Positions 9,824 to 18,623 of a stretch of 64,000 nt of DNA are shown here, piece by piece. Numbering within the stretch: position 1 is the stretch's first letter; each line of letters opens with the position of its first letter. This DNA comes from an uncultured Verrucomicrobiota bacterium (GTDB taxonomy: Bacteria; Verrucomicrobiota; Kiritimatiellia; RFP12; UBA3636): contig CASEAR010000117.1 in NCBI GenBank assembly GCA_949285835.1, forward strand, positions 302 through 64,301, given 5' to 3'. A model generated the notes under the pieces. The model was given only the letters and a program-made list of their open reading frames with translations. It ran no database searches and was not told the DNA's origin. Both the position numbers and the translations under genes were made by a program.

Positions 9824-12063
9824 TTCAGGATAAGCGGAGAGATGGCGGAATATCCCATAAGCTTTGAATAGCGGATAATGTCCTCCGGATCGTGATCCGG
9901 CTGCCGTTCCCAGTCGAGAGCGAGCGTCCTCTGCCGTGCGCCCTCAGGCCTGCGGATTACCGGCGCATTTTTGACGGCATCAATCTCGTACAGCTTCATG
10001 GAAGCGACGGCGGGTCCGCCCTGCCACATCGCATAATACATTCCGGGCCGCATCTTGTTCATGAAATAAACCCAGAATCCGTTTTCAGACGACGCGCTGC
10101 CGGTTCCGCCGGAGCCAACGGTTTTCCCGTCCATGGGAACAATAGTGTCAAACCACTCCCACTTCCCGCTCAGCGGCCAATCATCATACACATCCCCGGG
10201 GCCAACCCCGTTTTTCCACCCAATGTCGGAATAATTCTGACCGACCTGTACCTCCACAGGACAGAACCTCGGCTTGTCCTCCGGATACTCAATCCTGAGC
10301 AGATACATGCCGTGCTCCTTCAATTTGCCCCTGCCGATACGGTACGCGAACCATCCGTACCCACCCGTGCGTGCCCGCTTTCCGAGAATGGATTCGACAT
10401 CGGATCTGTAGAACGCGCCGGGAGTCATGCGCGCCGCACGGTTGTCATATCCGCCCTGCATGAACGGATGGACTTCTTTTTCCGGCGGGACAGAGCAATC
10501 GATCACATCCACGAGCTTCAGTTTCCCGTAGGGAGTGTCTTCGTACGTATCCTTCAGCTCCGGAAGACACAAACTGTCGCGCGCCGAAAAATTCAGCTTG
10601 TCAAATACGCGCCCCGAACAATACAGAGGCGCTCCATCGCTCCCGTAAACCGTAAACGAAATACGGAAACGTCCGCTGAAATAAACGCTGCGGGAGTCCT
10701 CCCCGTTAAAATTCACAAGGAACTCCCCTGCGCCGCCGGACGCCTTGACAGGAGCGTTGCCACCGCTGATTTTCACGCCGAGCATATCCTCGACGATGTA
10801 TCCGGCATCGGCCCCGCCCGCATTTACAATTTCCTCCGGGAACCGGACGCGAATGCCGAAAGGCATCCCGCGGATGGCATCGCTCATGTCAAAACTTCCG
10901 CAAGGCGCGCCTTCCGCGGTTCCGGCTTTGGAAAAGAGCGTCTCGTAAGGATCAGCGGACAATTGGAACAGCCCTTTGACAAGGCCGCTCTTGCTGCCGA
11001 TAAACGTTAAATTCCCTCCCCATATCCGCACGGCGATGGAGTTCGTCTCCCCGGGCCGAATAAGCTCCGGCGGTACGATGTACTCCCTCTGCATCATGTT
11101 GTCGTATTTGTATTCGCTTGAAATACCGCCGATTCGAACACCGTTGAACCAGACCTCGTCATCCGACTGAATACTGCCCAGACTGAGCTTAAGCGGGACG
11201 CCGCGCACCGCGTCCGGCAAAAACACTCCGCACCGGTACCATCCCCATCCATAGTGATCGTACCCCTGGGCTTCCCAGCTGTTCCCGGACGATATGACAT
11301 CCCATCCGGCGTCATTGAAGTCCTTTGCAAACCACTTGCCTGCGACGCCCTTCTCTCCAGGATCCGTCGCAAATTTCCATGCTCCGTTCAGAGAAACGGA
11401 CAGGACACGGCGGCTCCACATGCTGTCGGAAAACGGCAGGCGCACGGCCTTGAAGTCCTTAAACTCCACCGTCGCGTCCGGCTGCCCGTCCACAGACCGG
11501 AACCCGATTCCCGCAACGCTCGAAAAAGTACGCAGGCCGAACGCGCTCATCGGAAGCACCACCAGGTTCCACCGCCCTCCTGCCGCACTGAAACCCGCCT
11601 GATAGGTTCCCGCAGTACGCCCCCTTACAAGAAGGTGGAATGTCATACGGATGTCTTTGTCCGGACGGCACATAAAGACGACGTTTTCAGCTTTCGCCCT
11701 GGCCCAGGCGGCGCCCGCTGCCGCTGTGCCGCCGTCAATGAGAATCCTCACTGTGGTGAACGCCGGTCGTATGTCCCCGGTCTTTATGAGCAGCGTCCTG
11801 TCAACCCCAGTCCCTTTTATTTCAAACGGCTCATTCTTGCCGTCTTCTGGCAGCTCTGTATTCCACAAAGCGGTATTTTTGTCGTCCAGACACGGAATGT
11901 CCACTTCCACCCGATCCACAGCTTTAAACGCGGCATCGGGACTCCAGGACGCGCTGCCGCGCCCGAAAACATCCGCCCCGGATCGAACCGCATCAGCAAA
12001 GGCAAAGCAGTTCCCGTACACGATGCATGAAATCATCAGGGTTTTCAAAACTGTTTTGTACAT
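9697..12063 (-). CDS. secreted glycoside-hydrolase-like protein, N-terminal part (GH2-type galactose-binding-like sugar-binding domain); probably continuous with the downstream ORF through a frameshift
   Basis: Signal peptide MYKTVLKTLMISCIVYGNCFAFA. GH2 N-terminal sugar-binding pattern NGAWKF....W..V..G.SWEAQGYDHYGWGWYRCGVFLP. The ORF ends in a 127-nt overlap with the next ORF on the same strand. Confidence 0.6.
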   Translation of the reverse strand: MYKTVLKTLMISCIVYGNCFAFADAVRSGADVFGRGSASWSPDAAFKAVDRVEVDIPCLDDKNTALWNTELPEDGKNEPFEIKGTGVDRTLLIKTGDIRPAFTTVRILIDGGTAAAGAAWARAKAENVVFMCRPDKDIRMTFHLLVRGRTAGTYQAGFSAAGGRWNLVVLPMSAFGLRTFSSVAGIGFRSVDGQPDATVEFKDFKAVRLPFSDSMWSRRVLSVSLNGAWKFATDPGEKGVAGKWFAKDFNDAGWDVISSGNSWEAQGYDHYGWGWYRCGVFLPDAVRGVPLKLSLGSIQSDDEVWFNGVRIGGISSEYKYDNMMQREYIVPPELIRPGETNSIAVRIWGGNLTFIGSKSGLVKGLFQLSADPYETLFSKAGTAEGAPCGSFDMSDAIRGMPFGIRVRFPEEIVNAGGADAGYIVEDMLGVKISGGNAPVKASGGAGEFLVNFNGEDSRSVYFSGRFRISFTVYGSDGAPLYCSGRVFDKLNFSARDSLCLPELKDTYEDTPYGKLKLVDVIDCSVPPEKEVHPFMQGGYDNRAARMTPGAFYRSDVESILGKRARTGGYGWFAYRIGRGKLKEHGMYLLRIEYPEDKPRFCPVEVQVGQNYSDIGWKNGVGPGDVYDDWPLSGKWEWFDTIVPMDGKTVGSGGTGSASSENGFWVYFMNKMRPGMYYAMWQGGPAVASMKLYEIDAVKNAPVIRRPEGARQRTLALDWERQPDHDPEDIIRYSKLMGYSAISPLILKWAFANYGEAIDGYDTMQIDPRDYWVHRDYARAKRRLRRIPG

Positions 12064-12111
12064 ATACAGCCCATCTTTCTGTTTATTTCAGCCTATGTCA
12101 GAGCAATAAAA

Positions 12112-12723
12112 TCACTTGAGAATCAGTCTGCCCATGCATGCAGGGGAGTTGTGCGGATTCCCAACTATTACCGGGAACCAGTTCTGCTGCACGAAGTTCC
12201 GCTTGCCGGAGGGCTGCATGTCGTGATCATAGCGCACAAAATTCGCACGCAGTTCCATCCCGGAGGAAAATTGGCTGGCGCCCCTGCGTTTTACCACGAA
12301 TTTAGCCGGAATTGCCATTTCTGCGCACCATCCGGCGGAATTAGTCGAGGCGGCGGTGACAAGCCCTTCCATATCCCATTCGAGGAAGCCCCAGCAATCC
12401 CTCGACCGGATCGGCTCCAGCACCCTTCCGTCGGGGCCGCTGCTCACATCCGCGCTGTAAACGTAGATTTTGTCCAAATTCTCTCCGGACGGAGCAGTCT
12501 GTATCTCGATGAACTGTCTGGAGTCTCCCGTCCCGTCTATGAATATCTCACAGACGTCCTCGTTGTGCAGGTCTTCGTCATGCCCTCTGGTTCGCGTGCA
12601 GAAAACGTCGTTGTCTGTACAGACGAACGCCACATACAGGAAGTCCGGGCTCCACTTCAATCGGATACGCGTATCCTTCCCCTCCAGATTTGTGCTTTCA
12701 GCTTTCAACGGCTTGCCTTGCAC
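12112..12723 (-). CDS. CBM9/DOMON-like carbohydrate-binding protein (main body; 5' part lies in another frame)
   Basis: CBM9-like motifs LKWSPDFLYVAFVCTDNDV, ..EIFIDG.., WCAEMAIP. The signal peptide and first CBM9 strand (VPVIDGIVSDAEWNDA) are in ORF 12705..12923. Confidence 0.6.
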   Translation of the reverse strand: MQGKPLKAESTNLEGKDTRIRLKWSPDFLYVAFVCTDNDVFCTRTRGHDEDLHNEDVCEIFIDGTGDSRQFIEIQTAPSGENLDKIYVYSADVSSGPDGRVLEPIRSRDCWGFLEWDMEGLVTAASTNSAGWCAEMAIPAKFVVKRRGASQFSSGMELRANFVRYDHDMQPSGKRNFVQQNWFPVIVGNPHNSPACMGRLILK

Positions 12724-12923
12724 AGAGAACTGATCGTACCTGCGTCATTCCATTCTGCATCGGAAACAATACCGTCTATTACGGGAACAGTCACCGCCGC
12801 TGGCACGCAGACGGACGGCGCGCCGTCCCCTAACACACTGACTGCAGCCAAAAACGCCAGACACAACGTCAACAGCTTTGAAATATATGCATGCATAATT
12901 ATCATTTTCCATCCGGACGGCAT
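12705..12923 (-). CDS. signal peptide plus start of the CBM9-like domain, frameshifted from 12112..12723
   Basis: MIIMHAYISKLLTLCLAFLAAVSVLG signal, then VPVIDGIVSDAEWNDAGTISSL. 19-nt overlap with the downstream ORF in another frame. Confidence 0.5.
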   Translation of the reverse strand: MPSGWKMIIMHAYISKLLTLCLAFLAAVSVLGDGAPSVCVPAAVTVPVIDGIVSDAEWNDAGTISSLCKASR

Positions 12924-13061
12924 TGAATCACCTCGTCACACTGCCAAACACCACCGCGAGACCGCACCGGCACACCCTCCGGCAAAAAGAGGAAAACAGC
13001 GCACCCTCCGCAGACATCTGCTGCTTTGCATCGCTTCAGTCTCTGAAAACCTTCCGTAAAA

Positions 13062-14336
13062 CTACCTTACACGGATAAGCGTCTGATTTTCCATCCCGCT
13101 GGATACTATCATGATGCCTCCGCCGGTAAAGTGGCTGTCTTCAAACTCGACCCCGCTGCCGATGCTCCCGTATACCCCCGCGGGCTGCAGTACGCCGCCT
13201 ATTGTCAGAGTGTCAGCAGTCACTTCGACTCCGTCGGAAATCTCTATTTTACCGGAACCGTTCTGCCCGTCCGCGACGGAGAACCGAGCTGACGCGCTGG
13301 CACAATCCTGAACGAGAAGCCGCAGAAGCGCTCCTTCCCGCACTTCAGCATTTCCAAGCCCCAGAGCTCCGGGGGACTGCGCCTCGACTGTGCCAAAATC
13401 CACGACAACTCCGCCGGAAAAATCATTTTCGCCGGAAATAAACACCGCTCCAGATCCCGTCTTGTGCAGCCCACCAACGCCCGATATCATTCCGGAAAGA
13501 ACGACTCCCGCGCCGTCGGTTTTCTGGCTCAGCACATTCAAATCGCCGTTCAGCTCTATGCTCCCTGAAAAAGTGGAGTTCTTTGCGCCCTGTTCATCCG
13601 ACCCCAAAAGCAAGACGCCGCCAGCCCCGCCGGAAACGACAATGTTATTTTTCGTCGTTGTTGCACTCCCAATTGAGATGACAGCGGCCGGACCGCCATC
13701 TTCTGATCCCAAATATATAATGTTGCCCGCATCGCCGAATGCACTATTGTTGAATTTCATAGTGCCGGACAACACTCGGACGTCCCCAACGAACTTGTTA
13801 TTGCCGGTTAAATTAATTGAAGCCACATCATAGTCGGTATAGACATTCCTGACGGTTATGCAGCCCTTCCCGCCTATCGAAGAGGACATGCTTATTGAAT
13901 AGGTTCCTGCGGACGTCCCCGTGTTGACAAGCAACAGGTCGTCTCTGAGTTCCACGCTTCCAGAACTCACCCCCAATCTTGAATTGACTCTTGTGGCTCC
14001 GTTGCTTATTACCGCATATCCGGGGCCTCCTCCGTCAAAGTCCAGAATAAGAAGCTGATCGTTAAGCTTCAGCTCTCTTGTTTGATTGTCGCTGCCGTCG
14101 TAAAAGAGATACATGCCAAGCGTTGTTTCCTCCACAAGGGTCGCTACTCCGCCGGTAGTAAACTCGGCAACGGCCCCCTGTGAATTAGGAATGCCGTTAC
14201 CGTTCCATCCCGGATCCCCGTCAGAATTCCAGTCCGCGCTTTTGCCGGACCATACAGATCCATGGCAGAAACCGCCGATAAACATGCACGAAACAAACAA
14301 ACAAACAAAACATATTCGCTGCCGCACGCCTGCCAC
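13062..14336 (-). CDS. secreted protein with autotransporter-associated beta-strand repeats (PATR-like), no barrel domain
   Basis: N-terminal signal (ICFVCLFVSCMFIGGFCHG). Many repeats of the type G.L.K.G.G.L.LSG.N.FSGG..V..GTL. 424 aa. Confidence 0.65.
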   Translation of the reverse strand: MAGVRQRICFVCLFVSCMFIGGFCHGSVWSGKSADWNSDGDPGWNGNGIPNSQGAVAEFTTGGVATLVEETTLGMYLFYDGSDNQTRELKLNDQLLILDFDGGGPGYAVISNGATRVNSRLGVSSGSVELRDDLLLVNTGTSAGTYSISMSSSIGGKGCITVRNVYTDYDVASINLTGNNKFVGDVRVLSGTMKFNNSAFGDAGNIIYLGSEDGGPAAVISIGSATTTKNNIVVSGGAGGVLLLGSDEQGAKNSTFSGSIELNGDLNVLSQKTDGAGVVLSGMISGVGGLHKTGSGAVFISGENDFSGGVVVDFGTVEAQSPGALGLGNAEVREGALLRLLVQDCASASARFSVADGQNGSGKIEISDGVEVTADTLTIGGVLQPAGVYGSIGSGVEFEDSHFTGGGIMIVSSGMENQTLIRVR

Positions 14337-14689
14337 ACAAATTCATATCCGCCTCCGTACATAAACCACGCCGTACAAAGCCAACCCTCATACGGTCATC
14401 GGAAGACCCTGCCCGATTGTTGGAGCTGATTCTAATACTCACCCGGCTAAATCCGCAAGAATAAAATTGACAAGAACCGCTACGTTGTTTCGTTTCTTCA
14501 GACACATGAACAGGCACGCCACGGCATCAAACGGGACAGCACACTTTTCAATCGTCTGGCCAACAACATGTTTGGTTTGACTTGCTTTCGCAAATTATAT
14601 AGACTGAGTAGGCAAGAGCGGCCGGAAATGCGAATTGTGCACGCGGAAACGTGAGAGCGCAGCCGGCGGCAGCAGAATGGAAAAAGTCG

Positions 14690-15709
14690 ATGCAAAACAA
14701 CAACTGCCTTGAGGCCGAATATTCCGCGGGATCGCTGAAGCTCTACCGAATCAAAAGAAACGCAGCCGGAGTGGAACCGTACATCGCGACAACGCCGCAA
14801 TCCCGGGCGATTTGCAACGACCCTCGCGTATGCGGCGTGAATTACACCAAACTCCTTCGCCACACCTGCACGGACGTCCTGAAGGCCTTCCCCGGCCTGA
14901 TGACGGAGCACGAAGCCGTCGTGGTGAACATCCTGCGCGGGGGGTTGAACTTCGGTCTCAGAGACGCGCTTGCGGAAGCCTTCGGATGGAACACGCATAC
15001 CACATGCTTCATGAGCGCACAGAGAGCGCGTGACGCGTCTTCCCCAGATGCCTGGCACATTACCGAAAACGACTACAAGAAAGTGTATTTCCCGCCTGTT
15101 GCCTCATTTGCCGTCGGCGATGTTGTTGCCACGGGAACAAGCCTCAGATACGGGCTTAATGAGCTTCTCGCCGCGGCGCACACCCAGCGGACGGACGTGC
15201 GCAACCTCATATTTTTCACTTACGGCGGCATTAAGGCCGAGGAAATCCTCGCAGAACTCGATTCGAGATGCCGGAAAGAATTTCCCCACTACGGCAGGAC
15301 ACTGCTCATATATCTTGAGGGCTGCTTCACTGTGGCGCAGGCGGATACGCCGCTTTCCGTGAGACTGACGGGCACCGATCTGCTGCGGTACAATGCGCTC
15401 ATGGCGCCGGAATTCATTGAATCGCAATATGAAGACCCGGCGTATCCCATTGAAAGATGCGTAATATACGATGCGGGATCTCGCGCGTTCTGGATGCATG
15501 ACTACATAGAGGACGTCATAGGCTACTGGAAGGAAAACCTGCAGTTCGCCGAGCGAGGAATTACCTTCAGAGAACTAGCGCTCGAACGCTTTCCCGGACT
15601 GGATCTGAAACGATTCGGAGATGTGGACTTGAAAGCTCTGGCACTGCGGCAGATATCCCGCATGGAAAAATTGGCAAAAGGGAATGACTATGAAAAACTC
15701 CGGCAGTGA
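14690..15709 (+). CDS. uracil-phosphoribosyltransferase-like (PRTase fold) protein with about 140-aa C-terminal extension of unknown function
   Basis: VVVNILRGGLNFG resembles the UPRT motif VPILRAGLGM. FAVGDVVATGTSL resembles the PRPP-binding motif D.MLATGGS. ATG at 14690 is chosen within track ORF 14651. Confidence 0.55.
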   Translation: MQNNNCLEAEYSAGSLKLYRIKRNAAGVEPYIATTPQSRAICNDPRVCGVNYTKLLRHTCTDVLKAFPGLMTEHEAVVVNILRGGLNFGLRDALAEAFGWNTHTTCFMSAQRARDASSPDAWHITENDYKKVYFPPVASFAVGDVVATGTSLRYGLNELLAAAHTQRTDVRNLIFFTYGGIKAEEILAELDSRCRKEFPHYGRTLLIYLEGCFTVAQADTPLSVRLTGTDLLRYNALMAPEFIESQYEDPAYPIERCVIYDAGSRAFWMHDYIEDVIGYWKENLQFAERGITFRELALERFPGLDLKRFGDVDLKALALRQISRMEKLAKGNDYEKLRQ

Positions 15710-17093
15710 CCACGATTTTGCGCTCACAAACGTGGCTGACGATCAGAAACGCGGGTTCTGGTCGATGTTCGTAATAATGATGGGGTTCACTTTTTTCTCC
15801 GCAAGCATGCTCGCCGGAGGAAAACTCGGCAACGGGATGTCCTTCAGCGGCTTCATCACGGCCGTAATTGCCGGCAACGTGATTCTCGGCATTTACACCT
15901 CTCTGCTTGCCCACATCTCCTCCAGAACAGGCCTCTCCGTGCATCTGCTTTCCGGGTACTCGTTCGGAGAGTACGGGAGAATTCTCCCGGACGCATTGCT
16001 GATTTTTACGCAGGTCGGATGGTTCGGTGTAGGCGTTGCAATGTTCGCCATACCCACGGCGATGGCGATCATGGAGATTCCCTCTCTGAGCGGCTCGTGG
16101 ATGCTCTCGGGCCCCGTTACGCAAATTTCATTTGACGGGGTTCAGATACCTTCGCGTCTTTTGTGGACTCTGGTTTTGTGCGCCGGCCTCTTAATGACGT
16201 CCACGGCGTACTGGGGCATCAGAGCGCTGTCGGCCATCAGTTTCGTGGCTGTGCCCGCCATCGCCGTGTTCGGATGCTATTCGGCTGTGCGGGCGATGTT
16301 TTTCGACGCCGTCCCGCAGGAAATAGCCGCCAAGGCTGCAAACCCGGACGCTATCACAAACGGATGGTCTGTAATGAAGAGTTTCATACCGTCCGGCGCC
16401 GCCAAACTTACCATGGCGCAGGCCGTGTCAATTGCAATCGGCTCGTTTATTTCGGGTGGATCATGCACTCCGGACTTCGCCCGGTTCTCAAAGAATTCCA
16501 AAATCGCGGTGTCCACGACGGCGCTTGCATTTTTTATCGGCAATTCGCTCATGTTTTTCTTCGGCGCCGCCGGGGCCATGGTCTACGGACAGTCCGACAT
16601 ATCTCTCGTTCTTAAACTCCAGGGGCTCCTGCTTCCCGCCGTTGTCGTTCTCGGACTCAACATCTGGACGACGAACGACAATGCGCTCTACACATCCGGT
16701 CTCGGGTTGTCCAACCTTACAAAACTCCCGAAGAAATACCTTGTGCTCTTCAACGGCGCAATCGGGACGCTGGCGGCCGTATGGCTTTACGACAATTTTG
16801 TGGGGTGGCTGAATTTCCTCAACTCGTGCATACCTCCCATCGGGGCAATACTCATAGCAGACTACTTCATTGTCCGCCGCGGCAAGTATGAAAACATTTC
16901 AGCTCCGAAATTCAGGTCTGTTTCGCCTTTCGCAGTCATAGGCTGGGCGGCAGGCTCCGCAGTCGGACTTCTCGCGATGAAATTCGAATGCATGAACGTG
17001 GGACTTCCCGCCGTAAACGCCATGATTGCAACTATCGTGGTTTACCTTGCGGGGACATTCGCCTCATCGCCGGGAAAAGGTGCGCGCGCGTAA
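15684..17093 (+). CDS. NCS1-family nucleobase (cytosine/uracil/allantoin-type) permease
   Basis: 469 aa with 12 predicted TM segments. N-terminal pattern W.MF.IMMGFTFFSASMLAGG..G.G is typical of CodB/NCS1. It overlaps the upstream PRTase-like gene by 26 nt. Confidence 0.75.
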   Translation: MTMKNSGSDHDFALTNVADDQKRGFWSMFVIMMGFTFFSASMLAGGKLGNGMSFSGFITAVIAGNVILGIYTSLLAHISSRTGLSVHLLSGYSFGEYGRILPDALLIFTQVGWFGVGVAMFAIPTAMAIMEIPSLSGSWMLSGPVTQISFDGVQIPSRLLWTLVLCAGLLMTSTAYWGIRALSAISFVAVPAIAVFGCYSAVRAMFFDAVPQEIAAKAANPDAITNGWSVMKSFIPSGAAKLTMAQAVSIAIGSFISGGSCTPDFARFSKNSKIAVSTTALAFFIGNSLMFFFGAAGAMVYGQSDISLVLKLQGLLLPAVVVLGLNIWTTNDNALYTSGLGLSNLTKLPKKYLVLFNGAIGTLAAVWLYDNFVGWLNFLNSCIPPIGAILIADYFIVRRGKYENISAPKFRSVSPFAVIGWAAGSAVGLLAMKFECMNVGLPAVNAMIATIVVYLAGTFASSPGKGARA

Positions 17094-17276
17094 AACGTCA
17101 GTGCGGCGCGTTCCTTGCGGCGGCCGGCGTAATTTGCACGATGCCGCTAAAAAGCCGTCGCGCACGGATTGCGCTTTGATGTACAATGTCGCCCGCGTGA
17201 CCGCCCGGCGGCAGAGTGGAGTTTCCGTTCAGGCCGCCGCTGACGGCGGAGGGCAGCGCGTTCGGAAGGTCAGTAT

Positions 17277-18623
17277 ATGGACGAGTTTATCGACAGCTTG
17301 TTCGAGGAGGACAAGGGCGGCGGCCCGCGTACGACCGCCAGACTGCCGCTTGCGGCACGCATGCGGCCGGCCACGCTCGATGAAATTGTCGGCCAGGATC
17401 ACATCCTTGGCCGTGGAAAGCTCCTGCGCCGCGTAATCGAAGCAGACAGGCTGTCAAGCATCATACTCTACGGGCCGCCGGGATGCGGGAAGACCTCGAT
17501 CGCCGAAGTAATCGCCAGAACAACAAAACGCCGATTCCAGAGGGCAAGCGGGGTTCTCTCCAATGTTTCCGCCCTGAGAAGCATAATGGAAACGGCCAAA
17601 CGGCTTGCTCCAGAACAGGGCACCATACTGTTCATCGATGAAATACACCGTTTCAACAAATCCCAGCAGGACGTCCTCCTTCCATATGTTGAGGACGGAA
17701 GCGTAACGCTGATCGGCGCCACCACGCACAATCCGCAATTCTTCATAAACACCCCTCTCACGTCGCGTTCGCTGGTTTTTGAACTCCATGCCGTCGATGA
17801 GGACAGCATCTTCAGTCTGCTGCGCAGAGCCGTCGAGGATCCTCGTAACGGCTACGGACAGGACAACGTAGATGCGGACAGCGACGCCCTGCGCCACATA
17901 GCCAGAATATGTGAAGGGGACGCACGAAAGGCTCTTTCGTCGCTGGAAATTGCAGTGCTCAGCACCCCGCCGGACGCCGGCGGCGTCCGGCGCATCACTG
18001 TCGAAGCGGCGCAGGAATGCGTGCAGCGGCGCATCGTGACGTACGATCATGACGAGGAAGGACACTACAACACCATATCCGCTTTCATAAAATCGATACG
18101 CGGATCAAATCCAGACGCTGCAGTCTACTGGCTCGCAAAAATGCTTGAAGCCGGAGAAGACCCGCGCTTTATCGCGAGAAGGCTCATAATCGCCGCGTCC
18201 GAAGACATAGGCAACGCCGACCCGCGCGCACTGAGCGTGGCAGTGGCAGCAATGCAGGCGGTCGATTTCGTCGGCATGCCGGAAGCCTCGCTCAACCTTT
18301 CGCAGGCTACCACATATCTGGCCACAGCCCCAAAAAGCAACGCATCGTGCGCCGCCATATCGGAAGCCTCTTCCGACGTGCGGAACGGGCGCATAATGGA
18401 GGTGCCTGAACATCTTCGCAATGTCCACGTCAAATCCGTGGACAAGGAAAAGCCGCAGGAATACAAGTACCCGCATTCATTCGAGGGAAATTTTGTAAAG
18501 CAGGATTATATGCCGGAAAACCGGATATACTACAAACCCACGCACAACGGATACGAGGATACAATATCAAAACGGCTTGAAAGGTGGCGTTCCGGAGGCG
18601 CCGGATCCGAAACCGAAAAATGA
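17277..18623 (+). CDS. rarA: replication-associated recombination protein A (AAA+ ATPase RarA/MgsA)
   Basis: RMRPATLDEIVGQDHILG, Walker A GPPGCGKTS, Walker B ILFIDEIHRFNKSQQD, sensor region ...GATTHNP..., and a MgsA C-terminal domain. Confidence 0.9.
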   Translation: MDEFIDSLFEEDKGGGPRTTARLPLAARMRPATLDEIVGQDHILGRGKLLRRVIEADRLSSIILYGPPGCGKTSIAEVIARTTKRRFQRASGVLSNVSALRSIMETAKRLAPEQGTILFIDEIHRFNKSQQDVLLPYVEDGSVTLIGATTHNPQFFINTPLTSRSLVFELHAVDEDSIFSLLRRAVEDPRNGYGQDNVDADSDALRHIARICEGDARKALSSLEIAVLSTPPDAGGVRRITVEAAQECVQRRIVTYDHDEEGHYNTISAFIKSIRGSNPDAAVYWLAKMLEAGEDPRFIARRLIIAASEDIGNADPRALSVAVAAMQAVDFVGMPEASLNLSQATTYLATAPKSNASCAAISEASSDVRNGRIMEVPEHLRNVHVKSVDKEKPQEYKYPHSFEGNFVKQDYMPENRIYYKPTHNGYEDTISKRLERWRSGGAGSETEK

